DNA of 64,000 nt, from NCBI GenBank assembly GCA_047602405.1, contig JASGHJ010000002.1:2752001-2816000 (forward strand), in the 5' to 3' direction. The notes under the pieces were generated by a model, which was not told the DNA's origin, did not search any database, and worked only from the letters and a program-made list of their open reading frames with translations. The stretch is from Anaeromyxobacteraceae bacterium. Lineage in GTDB: Bacteria > Myxococcota > Myxococcia > Myxococcales > Anaeromyxobacteraceae. The position numbers and the translations under genes were made by a program. This document shows positions 10,739 through 20,089 of this stretch, piece by piece (within the stretch, counting starts at the first letter, position 1; every line of letters begins with the position of its first letter).

Positions 10739-12002
10739 CTAGGGCGCCTTCACGATCCGGATCTCGGGGAGCGGGAAGATCATCCCCGTCCCGTTCTCGA
10801 TCGTCTTCTTCTCCCGCTCCAGGAACTCCTCCTGGAAGTGCCAGGGGAGCACGAGGAAGTAGTCGGGCTTCAGGCCGCGGCTCTCCTCCTCGGAGACGAT
10901 CGGGATGTCGGTGCCGATGGTGCGCGCGCCGTACTTGTCGGGGTTGCGCTCGGCGGCCATGTCGATGAGCCGGCTGTCGATGCCGCACCACTGCAGGATG
11001 GTGTTGCCCTTCGTGGACGCGCCGTAGATGTGGATGCGCTTGCCGTCCTTCTTGAGCCCCTTGAGGAGCGCGTTCAGCTTGTCCTTGTGGACGTTGATGC
11101 GGTCCTGGAAGTGCCGGTACGGCTTGTCGGTGTCGAGCTCGAGAATCGAACTCGTCCTGGCGCATCTTCGAGATCTCCTGCGCCCACTCGGCCTTGCGGT
11201 ACTTGAGGCAGGTGTTGCGCGCGGCGTAGACGCGGAGGCTGCCGCCGTTGATGTCGTTCGTCGACACCCGCACGGCCTTGAGGCCGGCGCGGCCGAGGAT
11301 CTTCTCGATGACCGAGAGCGAGTAGTACTCGAGGTGCTCGTGGCAGATCGTGTCGTAGCTGTTCATCTGCAGCATGAACGGCATGTAGCTCATCTCGAGG
11401 ATCCACACGCCGTCGGCCGCCAGCACCTCGCGGATGTTCTTCGCGAAGTCGACCGGCGACTCGAGGTCGTAGAACATCGCGATGGAGGTCACGATGTCGA
11501 CCTTCCGCTCGCCGAGGAGCTGGGTCAGCTCGGGCGACGGGAACAGGTCCTTCACCACGGTGATGCCGTCCTTCACCTCGCTCGCGACGTCGGACGGGTC
11601 GATGCCGAACTTCTCGACCCGGTTCGAGTAGGCGCGGAGCAGGGTGCCGTCGTTGCAGCCGATGTCGAGCGCGGTGACCGCGTTGCGGTTCACCATCGCC
11701 TCGGCCTCCTCGGCGATCCGCTTCAGGTGGTTTCGCATCGTGGCGTTCGTGCCCGAGCGGTACCAGTAGGCGCTGTAGAGCACCTCGGGCGGCACCGAGT
11801 GCTCCATCTGCAGGAGGCCGCAGGCGTGCTCGTCCTGGGTCGGGTCGCAGCGCGAGAGCGTGCACGGGATCTTCCGGAGCGGCGGCTCCTCCTTGCCGGG
11901 CTTCAGGAACGAGCCCTGGAGGTACTGCTCGCCGAGGTCGATGACCGGCTTCAGCGCGGTCGAGCCGCACACGCGGCAGGTCTTGCGGTGGATGAGGTGC
12001 AT
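10739..12002 (-). CDS. NDP-hexose C-methyltransferase (zinc-binding N-terminus); +1 frameshift at ~11145
   Basis: CRVCGS, YWYRSG, LDIGCNDGTLL, YDTICHEHLEYYS, INGGSLR. After the shift IHIYGASTKGNTILQWCGI and PDYFLVLPWHF. GGAGG RBS before ATG 12002. Confidence 0.88.
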
Positions 12003-12062
12003 GTTCGCGTTGCCTCCGAAGGTCGCCCCGCCGCGGCCGCGGGCCGGGTCGGGTCCACCTTG

Positions 12063-12078
12063 AGCAACGGCTGTGCCT
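12063..12078 (-). promoter_or_regulatory. Putative sigma54 (-24/-12) promoter of the glycan operon
   Basis: Minus strand AGGCACAGCCGTTGCT matches TGGCACG-N4-TTGCW with GG-N10-GC spacing, ~60 nt upstream of ATG 12002. Confidence 0.6.
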
Positions 12079-12242
12079 CCCGGCGAGAGCGCACCCAAGT
12101 GACCGAAACCACGGCACAATCGGGCGTCACCCCGCTGACGGGACGGCGGCGCCGCCAGAACCGTGACGGGCGAGCGCCAGCCATTTGCCCCGGCGGCGGG
12201 GCGAGGCGAGACTCGGCTCCGTCCTTCAGCCGGAGGCGCGCC

Positions 12243-12632
12243 ATGTCGGTGATGGTCGAGGTGTCGTGGGGAGAGATGATCGACAAGGTCACGATCCTCC
12301 AGATCAAGCGGGCGCGCATCCAGGACCCCGCGAAGCTCGCGAACGTGCAGCGCGAGCTCGACGCGCTCGCGAAGGCCCGCGCCGACGCGCTCGCGCGCTC
12401 GCCGCGCATGGCCGAGCTCGAGGCGGAGCTCCGGCGGGTGAACGAGGTGCTCTGGGAGAACGAGGACGTGCTGCGCGACCTCGAGCGGGCGAAGGACTAC
12501 GGCCCGCGCTTCGTCGAGGCGGCGCGCATGGCCTACCGCACGAACGACCGCCGCGCGGTGGTGAAGCGCGAGATCAACGACCTCCTCGGCAGCGCGCTCG
12601 TCGAGGAGAAGAGCTACGCGAAGTACGAGTAG
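12243..12632 (+). CDS. DUF6165-like small helical protein
   Basis: VEVSWGEMIDKVTILQIK, LWENED, NDRRAVVKREINDLLGSALVEEKSY; GGAGG RBS. Confidence 0.75.
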   Translation: MSVMVEVSWGEMIDKVTILQIKRARIQDPAKLANVQRELDALAKARADALARSPRMAELEAELRRVNEVLWENEDVLRDLERAKDYGPRFVEAARMAYRTNDRRAVVKREINDLLGSALVEEKSYAKYE

Positions 12633-12885
12633 CGTTCGACGCGCTGCGCTGCGCCCAACGGGTTAGGACTCACCCCGAGTAACGTCCGTTTTCCGTCCGC
12701 GATCCTCACCTCGACGGGGTGCGGAGCATGTACCGCTCCGTACGGTTCGTGCGCTCCGCGTGCGCGCCCTCGCATGCTCCTGCCCGCAACTCCCATCGAT
12801 CGGAGCCCGGACCTCCCGCGCAGGGGCAGGACCCGGGCTCCGTCCCAGCCAAGGGCGCCCGGGGACGCCCGAGGAGAGAACGACC

Positions 12886-15800
12886 ATGACGAACCAGGGG
12901 ACCTGGCTCAGGGCGGCCGTGTTGCTCGGCTTCCTCGCCGCGTGCAACCGGCAGCCCGCGCAGCAGCGCGAGGTGAAGCCGCCGAACGACAACACCGCGC
13001 TCGCCGAGGAGCGCCGCAAGCCCGAGGGCGCGCTCGAGGCGGAGATCGAGCCGCGGGGCGAGGAGGAGAAGGGCGACTTCGACGCCGACGATCCCGGCTA
13101 CCGCCTCGACTGGGAGCGCGCGGCCTGGGGCTCCTCGTCCTCCGAGTTCCGCTCCAACCTGCTCCGCCTCGGCGCCGAGTACGCGAGGAAGAAGTACCTC
13201 TCGGGCCCGCGCTGGGTGAACGTCGGCCCGACCGGCTCCCGCTACGAGCAGAACGGCTCCTTCACCGGCCAGGTGCGCGACTCCGGCCGCATGCGCACAA
13301 TCCTCCCTCACCCGTTCCTGTCCGACGTCGTCTACGTCCTCACCTCCGGCGGCGGCCTGTGGGTGACCACGAACTGGGGCTCCTCGAACACCCGCTGGAC
13401 GGTCCTCACCGACGACCTCCCGACGACCGGCGGCGGCGCGGTCGCGTTCGGCAAGTACCCGACCACGCTGTACCTCGGCCTCGGCGACCCTTACGACCAG
13501 ATCACGGTCGGCGGCGCGATGGTGCGGTCGACCACCGCCGGCCTGTCCTGGTCCGCCCCGGTGGAGCTCGGCGCGGCGGTCTCGGTGCGCGACGTGAAGG
13601 TCGACACGAGCGGCAGGACCGACGTCGTCCTCGCCGCGACCGACGTCGGCCTCTACCGCTCCGCGGACGGCGGGGCGACCTACGCCTCGGTCCCCGCGCT
13701 CGACGGGCAGTCGGTCTGGAGCATCCAGAAGACGAGCGCGGGCTGGCTCGTCTCCGCCCAGCCCTGCCCGGTCGGCTTCGGCGGCCTGCAGTGCCCGTCC
13801 CCCACGACGCTCTGGCTCTCCACCGACAGGGGCGCCACCTTCGCGCCGGTCGCCAACACCGGCGGCGGCTTCGCGAACGCCGGCCGCACGACCCTCGCCG
13901 CGGCGAACCCCGGTGAGGCGGTCGTGTACGCGTACTCCTCCACGGTCGGCGACGCGCAGATGCTGGACGTGTTCCGCTCGAACGACGGCGGCCAGACCTG
14001 GCTCGGCACCGGCACGAACTCGACCAAGCTCCCGACGAACCCGGTCGCGGGAAGCCAGCCGAACATGAACATCTGCGGGGCCCAGTGCTGGTACGACCAG
14101 ATGATCGTGGTCGACCCGCGCGACGCCGCGCGCGGGACGCTCTGGATCGGCGGCAACCTCGCCTCCGCGCAGTCGAAGGACGGCGGCGCCACCTGGACGC
14201 TCAAGAGCTGGTGGCTCTACGAGCAGGTGCCCTCGCTGCCGTACGCCCACGCCGACTTCCACGCGGCCGCGTTCAAGACGACCGGCACGCCGACCCTCAT
14301 CCTGGGCAACGACGGCGGCATGAACACCACCACCGACGACGGCGCGACCTTCTCGTCGGACAAGAACAACGGCCTCGCGACGCACCTCTACTACACGGTC
14401 ACCGGCAACCCGAAGCTGCCGAACGCGATCCTGGGCGGCCTGCAGGACAACGGCACGCGCCTGCGCTCCGACAACGGCACGATCCACGACCAGGTGATCG
14501 GCGGCGACGGCATGGGCGCGGCCTGGAGCCAGGACAACACCAACACCGTCATCGGCTCCTCGCAGGGCTCGTCGATGCGGACGAACCAGTCGAACAACGT
14601 CCCCGACCGGTTCCAGAACTGGGCCGCGGCGACGTCCGGCCTCTCCGACGTCGGCTTCGGCTTCTTCACCTCCATCACCCCCGCGCCCGCGGGCCTCGAC
14701 CCCACCGGCAAGGTCTTCTTCCACTTCTCGAACGCGCGCGTGTGGCGCTCGAACAACGGCGGCCTCACCTGGACCCGCATCGGCTCGGCCATCGCGCCGA
14801 CGTCGCCGGGCCTGCCCACGGCCCGCCGCTTCCGCTCGAGCCCCTACAACCTCGGGGTGTCGCCCACCGACCTCAACCGCATCGCGGTCGGCGCCGGCGG
14901 CGGCTTCCTCGACGTCACCACCGACGGCGGGGCGACCTGGACCGACCTCAACCTCGTCGCGCTCGCGCCCGGCTACCAGGGCTTCGTGACGAACGTGACC
15001 TGGCAGGACAACCAGCACCTGTGGGTCACGTCGGTGGCGCAGGCCGCGGGGGCGGTGCGCGTCCTGAAGGGCACCCTCGCCAACCCGACCGACTCCTGGT
15101 CGACCGCGACCTGGACGGCGATGACGACGGGCCTGCCGGACCTGCCGGTCACGCGGATCCTCTTCGACCCGCGCGACGCGACCCGGAAGACGATCTACGC
15201 GGCCACCCACGTCGGCGTGTACGCCTCGAAGGACGGCGGCGCGACCTGGGCGCTCTTCGGCACCGGCCTGCCCGCGGTCCGCGTGAACGACATCTACATG
15301 CCGCCCGACGGCGGGTCGATGCGCATCGCGACCTACGGCCGCGGCGTGTGGGAGCTCCCGCAGGTCGAGTTCGTCTCGGCGGTCTTCTCCGACGGCGGCG
15401 AGGACGAGGACGACTGCGACAACGATCACGACCGCGTCCTCGACAACGGCGAGCGCGGCCACCTCGCGATCAAGGTGCAGAACCAGGGGTACAACCCGCT
15501 CAAGACGGTGAAGATCACCGTCACGTCGTCGAACCCGCACGTCACCTTCCCGAGGGGCAACGTGGTCACCATCTCCCCGCTCTACGGCGGCGACGACCGC
15601 ACGCGGTACGTGAAGGTGGCGCTCGCGGGCGCGACGGGCGTCGAGACCGTCGACTACACGATCCGGATCGAGGCCGACGCGATCCTGCCTGGCGGCTACA
15701 CGGTCACCTCCACCCAGCGCGTGAACTACGACGAGGTGCAGAACGCCTCGGCGACCGACACGTTCGACGCGAAGGTCTCGCCCTGGGTCGCCTCCGGCGG

Positions 15801-16377
15801 CGCGACGACGATGCCCAACATCGCGGCGTGGCAGGTCCGGGCGCTCTCGCCCACCCGGAACGTCATCTGGGGGCCGGACAACAACGGCCAGACCGACGGC
15901 GTCCGTCCGGACGGCCCGGACGAGCAGAGCCTCACCTCGCCCGTGCTGAAGGTGGGCACCGACCCGCTCGTCCTCTCGTTCACGCACCGGTACGCGTTCG
16001 AGAACGGCGGCTGGGACGGCGGCGTGATCGAGATCTCGAACGACGGCGGCGCGACCTGGGCCCCCCTGCCGGGCGTGCCCTACACCGGCGCGACCAACAC
16101 GGTCACCTCGGCGCCGATCGGCGTCAGCCGCCCTGCCTTCGTGAACCGCCCGGCCACCTGGCCGGCGTTCACGAACGTCACCGTCGACGCCGGCACCGCG
16201 TACGCGGGCCAGGACGTGAAGATCCGGTTCCGCGTCGGCGCGGACGAGTCGACGGGCGCGCCGGGCTGGGAGATCGGTGACGTCGCCATCGGCGGCCTCA
16301 CCAACACGCCGTTCCCGGCGCTCGTCCCGGACGCGTCCCTCCGGTCCAGGACCGGCAACACCGTGGCCCAGAAGTGA
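12886..16377 (+). CDS. Large secreted lipoprotein with BNR/Asp-box beta-propellers (sortilin/GH74-like) and C-terminal beta-sandwich domains
   Basis: Lipobox FLAAC; many S.DGG.TW Asp-box repeats; ATYGRGVW; C-terminal ENGGWDGGVIEISNDGG; GAGGAG RBS. Confidence 0.85.
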   Translation: MTNQGTWLRAAVLLGFLAACNRQPAQQREVKPPNDNTALAEERRKPEGALEAEIEPRGEEEKGDFDADDPGYRLDWERAAWGSSSSEFRSNLLRLGAEYARKKYLSGPRWVNVGPTGSRYEQNGSFTGQVRDSGRMRTILPHPFLSDVVYVLTSGGGLWVTTNWGSSNTRWTVLTDDLPTTGGGAVAFGKYPTTLYLGLGDPYDQITVGGAMVRSTTAGLSWSAPVELGAAVSVRDVKVDTSGRTDVVLAATDVGLYRSADGGATYASVPALDGQSVWSIQKTSAGWLVSAQPCPVGFGGLQCPSPTTLWLSTDRGATFAPVANTGGGFANAGRTTLAAANPGEAVVYAYSSTVGDAQMLDVFRSNDGGQTWLGTGTNSTKLPTNPVAGSQPNMNICGAQCWYDQMIVVDPRDAARGTLWIGGNLASAQSKDGGATWTLKSWWLYEQVPSLPYAHADFHAAAFKTTGTPTLILGNDGGMNTTTDDGATFSSDKNNGLATHLYYTVTGNPKLPNAILGGLQDNGTRLRSDNGTIHDQVIGGDGMGAAWSQDNTNTVIGSSQGSSMRTNQSNNVPDRFQNWAAATSGLSDVGFGFFTSITPAPAGLDPTGKVFFHFSNARVWRSNNGGLTWTRIGSAIAPTSPGLPTARRFRSSPYNLGVSPTDLNRIAVGAGGGFLDVTTDGGATWTDLNLVALAPGYQGFVTNVTWQDNQHLWVTSVAQAAGAVRVLKGTLANPTDSWSTATWTAMTTGLPDLPVTRILFDPRDATRKTIYAATHVGVYASKDGGATWALFGTGLPAVRVNDIYMPPDGGSMRIATYGRGVWELPQVEFVSAVFSDGGEDEDDCDNDHDRVLDNGERGHLAIKVQNQGYNPLKTVKITVTSSNPHVTFPRGNVVTISPLYGGDDRTRYVKVALAGATGVETVDYTIRIEADAILPGGYTVTSTQRVNYDEVQNASATDTFDAKVSPWVASGGATTMPNIAAWQVRALSPTRNVIWGPDNNGQTDGVRPDGPDEQSLTSPVLKVGTDPLVLSFTHRYAFENGGWDGGVIEISNDGGATWAPLPGVPYTGATNTVTSAPIGVSRPAFVNRPATWPAFTNVTVDAGTAYAGQDVKIRFRVGADESTGAPGWEIGDVAIGGLTNTPFPALVPDASLRSRTGNTVAQK

Positions 16378-16385
16378 CCTGAAGG

Positions 16386-16418
16386 CCGGAGGGGTTCCGC
16401 TCCGCGGGACCCCTCCGG
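16386..16418 (+). terminator. Stem-loop downstream of the BNR lipoprotein gene
   Basis: CCGGAGGGGTTCCGC-TCC-GCGGGACCCCTCCGG, 15-bp stem; no strong U-tract. Confidence 0.5.
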
Positions 16419-16475
16419 TACAATCCGCTTCGACTTTCCGTGCAGCCATAACCCTGCCCACACGAGGTTCTCCCC

Positions 16476-17108
16476 GTGCTCGTCATCGCTTTCGTGGCAT
16501 CGCTCGTGCTCGCCGGAACCGACCACAGCGGCCTCGTCATCGAGGCGCCGTCGGTCCCCGAGAACCGCACCGTCGCCGTCGACAGCGGCGGCGGCATCGA
16601 GGCCGGTGAGGCGACGGGCTACCTCTCCGGCCGCTGGCAGGTCACGAACCGCCTCGCGCTGACCGCGGGCGTCTCCTACCTCAGGGGCGAGGCCGGCCCG
16701 AACGCGGGCCTGCGCCTGAAGCTCGTGGACGGCCTCACCGCGGGCGTCCGCCTCAAGTCCGAGGGCTTCGAGCCCGAGGGCGCCGAGGTCGAGGCCTCGA
16801 TGATCGGCGGCCTCTCCCTGGGCAAGCTGGACCTCATGGGCTCCGCCACCGTCGGCTACGGCGAGGAGACCGTGGACGTCGAGGGCGCCGCCGCCGCGCG
16901 GACGACGTTCTCGCGGATCTTCGATCTCGGCGTCGAGGGCCGGTACCGCGGGGCGACGAACGGCACGAAGCACGACCTGGTGGCCGGCCCGGCCTTCGGC
17001 GTCACCTTCGCGGGCGGCACCGTGCGCGTCCAGGCGCTCGCGGGCTACGCCTCGAACGAGAAGGACCGGGGCGTGGCCGCGTTCCTCGGGCTCGCGGTCT
17101 ACAACTAG
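16476..17108 (+). CDS. Putative outer-membrane beta-barrel protein
   Basis: Hydrophobic N-terminus, alternating amphipathic strands, C-terminal FLGLAVYN; host codon bias. Confidence 0.65.
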   Translation: MLVIAFVASLVLAGTDHSGLVIEAPSVPENRTVAVDSGGGIEAGEATGYLSGRWQVTNRLALTAGVSYLRGEAGPNAGLRLKLVDGLTAGVRLKSEGFEPEGAEVEASMIGGLSLGKLDLMGSATVGYGEETVDVEGAAAARTTFSRIFDLGVEGRYRGATNGTKHDLVAGPAFGVTFAGGTVRVQALAGYASNEKDRGVAAFLGLAVYN

Positions 17109-17160
17109 CCTCCCGCGGCACCCACAGCCGTCGGCCGCGGTCTCCGGATCGGCGGCCGAT

Positions 17161-17710
17161 GTCGTTCACCCCTGCCAGCGTTTCAGTAGGCGGCCGCCTC
17201 TCCGCGCCTCTCCGCTCCTCGGGCCCCAAGGCAAAGGCCCGCCGCGGAGGGGATCCTGGAGACGTGTCCGAACGGATGGAGACCCGCGGCACGTCCACGC
17301 ATGCCAGCCGAGAGAGACGTCGCCGTTGCGGTCACGTCGCCGCTCGGCTGTCATGCTCCGTGCAAATCGCGGCTCCGTCGTCGGGCGGGCCAGCCGGGGG
17401 CCCTGCGGGGCAGAGAGGCCCTGCGAGGCGGCCGCCGAGGATAGGTTGGGATGGGCGAACGACCGCGGAGGCGAACGGAGTTGCGAGCCGGGTGCGCTCC
17501 CTCAAGCAGGATCGATCGTGGAGGACGCCTCGGTCGGGCGGTGCCTCTTCGGCGCCCTGCTCAGACCACGTGTGAAACTCTGCGTAGAGGAGTCGACGAC
17601 GCCCGCCTGCGTCCCTGCAGGGACATCATCGATGAATGACCTCACGGATTCCGGGTTCACCCGGAGGAAGGTCCGGCTGCCGGTCCGAGAGAGGAGCGCC
17701 CCCTCGGACT
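17161..17710 (+). ncRNA. Candidate large structured non-coding RNA (unassigned family)
   Basis: No credible ORF. Nested long-range helices (17161-67/17457-63; 17189-200/17425-36), a seven-helix rod 17266-17386, further hairpins to 17709; G-U wobbles favour the + strand. Confidence 0.5.
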
Positions 17711-17720
17711 CGCCCGCCGC

Positions 17721-18650
17721 CTACGGCGCCCTCGCAGTGAGCTCGAACCGGATCGGCACCGCGGCGGGGCCGCCGGCGGCGGTGACGCCGGCGAGGGCCT
17801 TCTGCACGCAGGTCGCGAGCGCGGCGTCGCCGACGGAGTCGCCGGAGAGCTTCGGGGCGGCGCTGCCGGCCCCGGTGACCTCCGCGACCAGCACGCCGTC
17901 GAGCGACGGCGCCCGCTTGAGCGCGTCCGCGTAGCACGCGCCGAGGGCGTCCTGGCGGGCGGCGATGGCCTTGCGCGCGGCCGCGGGGCCCGACAGCGGC
18001 TCGCCGACCGTCACCCTCGCCTGCGCGCCGCGCGCGGCCGACAGCGCGGTCCGGTCCGCGCCGGCGGCGCCGCCGAGCGCCAGCACCTCCTCGCCTGCGC
18101 GCCAGCGCCAGGAGACGGGCTCGACCGCGAGGGTGCGCGGGCGGCCGCGGGAGCAGGTGGCGTCGTCCGGCAGGTCGAACACGAGCTCGAGCGCGAGCTC
18201 GCCCTTCCGCTGGAGCTCGAAGAGCCGCTTCGCCGTGGCGAGGTCGGCCTCCACCGGCAGCCCCGCCTCGGTCGCGCAGTAGAGCCGCGCGCCGCCGAAC
18301 CCGAGCAAAACGGCGTCCTGCAGGGCGAGGCGCCCCTCCCCGCGCGCGTACGGGCCGAAGAAGAGCTTCCCGGCCGGGATCGTCACCCGGTACCGCGCGA
18401 CGGTCGCGAGGTCGCGACGCTCCTCCTGGGTGTCCTCGGCGGTGGCCCGGTCGAGGGCGTCGCCCTTCGTGCGGAGGCGCTCCGCGGGCTCGAGGGCCTG
18501 GCAGAGGGTCTCGAGCTCGGCGGGGCCGGCGACCTCGATCGGGACCACGTCGGGCACGCCGGTGGCGGCGACGGCCGGCCCGGGGGCGGCGAGGCCCGGG
18601 GTGGGGGTGGCGGCGGCGAGGAGGGCGAGGAGCGCGGTGGTGGCGACCAT
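17721..18650 (-). CDS. Secreted hypothetical protein with C-terminal AgmX/PglI (TonB-C-like) domain
   Basis: Signal MVATTALLALLAAA; C-terminal ALGACYADALKRAPSLDG...DAALATCVQKAL...VPIRF; GGAGG RBS. Confidence 0.65.
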   Translation of the reverse strand: MVATTALLALLAAATPTPGLAAPGPAVAATGVPDVVPIEVAGPAELETLCQALEPAERLRTKGDALDRATAEDTQEERRDLATVARYRVTIPAGKLFFGPYARGEGRLALQDAVLLGFGGARLYCATEAGLPVEADLATAKRLFELQRKGELALELVFDLPDDATCSRGRPRTLAVEPVSWRWRAGEEVLALGGAAGADRTALSAARGAQARVTVGEPLSGPAAARKAIAARQDALGACYADALKRAPSLDGVLVAEVTGAGSAAPKLSGDSVGDAALATCVQKALAGVTAAGGPAAVPIRFELTARAP

Positions 18651-18661
18651 GCCTCCGGATC

Positions 18662-19588
18662 CTACCCACTCCCGAGCCGGATCTTGAGGGCCTTCGGGAG
18701 GAGGTCGAACCGCGCCGGCGCCCGCCCCGGGTGCTCGCCGTCCACGTCGAGGAGCGCCTCGGCGTCCCCGACGGGCTCGATCTCGACGGTGCGCCCGTGG
18801 AACACCCGGGTGTTGGGCAGCTTCACGTGGGTGCCGTCGTAGAGGGTGCTCCGCTTCGTGACGAGGTCCACGAGCCCGAAGCCCTTCCACACCACGACGT
18901 CGAAGAGCCCGTCGTCCATGCGGGCGTCCGGCGCGACCTTCATGCCGCCGCCGAAGTACCGGCCGTTGCAGACGGACAGCGCCGTGACGCCCTCCTCGTG
19001 CCACTCGCCGCCGTCGATCCGCCAGCGCACCCTCGGGTCCGACCACCCGATGAGCGCGCCCGCCGAGGCGAGCATGTAGGAGAGCGGGCCGGTGAACTTG
19101 AGGCCGTCGATGCGCGACGAGACCGCCCCGGAGATGCCGCAGCCCGCGACGTTCGCGAAGTGGCGCAGGTGCGAGGTGCCGTCGTGCGCGCGGAACGCCA
19201 CCCGGCCGAGGTCGGCGACCACCGTGCGCTCGCCGGCGAGCGCGCGGGCCGCCTCGTGGAGGTTCTCCGCGAGGCCGAGCGTGCGGCGAAAATCGCCGCC
19301 GGTGCCGCGCGGGATGAAGCCGAAGGTGGAGTCGGGGTCGCGCAGCCGGCCCTCGTCGAGGAGGCCGTCGATGACCTCGCTCGCGGTGCCGTCGCCGCCC
19401 ACCGCGACCACGAACTTGCCGCCCGCCGCGAGCGCCTCCTGGGCGAGGCGCTTGCCGTCGCCGCGCGCCTTCGTGAAGGCGCACTCGAACTCGCCCACGG
19501 CGGAGCGCACGGCGCTCGCGATCTTGTCGAAGTGACGCCCCGTGCGGCCGGAGGCGCTCTCGGGGTTCACGATGAGCCAGGGCTTCAT
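18662..19588 (-). CDS. Diacylglycerol kinase family lipid kinase (YegS/DgkB-like)
   Basis: IVNPESASG, VGGDGTASEV, IPRGTGGDF, NGRYFGGGM, VDGE. Confidence 0.92.
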   Translation of the reverse strand: MKPWLIVNPESASGRTGRHFDKIASAVRSAVGEFECAFTKARGDGKRLAQEALAAGGKFVVAVGGDGTASEVIDGLLDEGRLRDPDSTFGFIPRGTGGDFRRTLGLAENLHEAARALAGERTVVADLGRVAFRAHDGTSHLRHFANVAGCGISGAVSSRIDGLKFTGPLSYMLASAGALIGWSDPRVRWRIDGGEWHEEGVTALSVCNGRYFGGGMKVAPDARMDDGLFDVVVWKGFGLVDLVTKRSTLYDGTHVKLPNTRVFHGRTVEIEPVGDAEALLDVDGEHPGRAPARFDLLPKALKIRLGSG

Positions 19589-19625
19589 GCGTCCCCGTGG
19601 CTTACCACGCTCGGAGTTCGCCCGC

Positions 19626-19679
19626 TCATCCGGAGCGCAGGTTCCGCGACCGGAGGTCGGCGGGACCGGAGTCGAGGGA
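19626..19679 (-). repeat. Palindromic REP-like element, copy 1 (supplies the C-terminus and stop of the ferredoxin gene)
   Basis: TCCCTCGACTCCG-hairpin-TGCGCTCCGGATGA; same ends as copies at 36540 and 42871. Confidence 0.7.
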
Positions 19680-20087
19680 GGCCATGGCGCGCAGCGTCGT
19701 GACGACGCGCGCGATGGGGACCTGGGTGGGGCAGAGCGCGTCGCAGCCGGCGCAGCCCGCGCACGCGTCGAGCGCCTCCTTCGCGGCGGGGAGGTCGGCG
19801 AGGTTGCGGGAGTAGAGCCGGAACGCCGCGTGGAGCCCCAGCGCGCGCACCGCGGGGTCCGCGGCGGCGAGCGCGCAGCCCGCCTCGCAGAGCCCGCACG
19901 AGATGCAGGCCGCGGCCGCCTGCGCGGCCTCCCGGTCGGCGGCGCTCGTCGGGCGGAGGCCGTCCTCGCCGGCGTACTGGGCGAGGAAGCGCGCCTCGCC
20001 GGTGCCGCGGTGCTGGAAGAGCTTCTTCAGCGGGTGCGCGACGAGCGCGCGCCAGGCGAGGTAGGCGAGGGCGGCGGGGCGGGCCAT
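19626..20087 (-). CDS. 2x[4Fe-4S] dicluster protein (GlpC N-terminal-like)
   Basis: CISCGLCEAGC and CAGCAGCDALCPTQVP motifs; downstream of glpAB. Confidence 0.8.
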   Translation of the reverse strand: MARPAALAYLAWRALVAHPLKKLFQHRGTGEARFLAQYAGEDGLRPTSAADREAAQAAAACISCGLCEAGCALAAADPAVRALGLHAAFRLYSRNLADLPAAKEALDACAGCAGCDALCPTQVPIARVVTTLRAMASLDSGPADLRSRNLRSG

Positions 20088-20089
20088 CG

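Noticed and set aside
17485..17500. GAGCCGGGTGCG resembling group II intron domain V or the 5' GUGCG
   Set aside because: The complementary 3' half of domain V and domain VI are absent.
17159..17575. 138-aa ORF in the structured region
   Set aside because: No RBS, atypical codon usage, no recognisable motifs.
17575..17640. Hammerhead-like GAAACTC...GAGTC and GATGA
   Set aside because: Core reads UCGAUGA rather than CUGANGA, and stems I/II do not pair convincingly.
17664..17680. GAGGAAGGTCCGGCT resembling RNase P P4
   Set aside because: It lies at the end of the region with no downstream body or matching 3' P4 strand.
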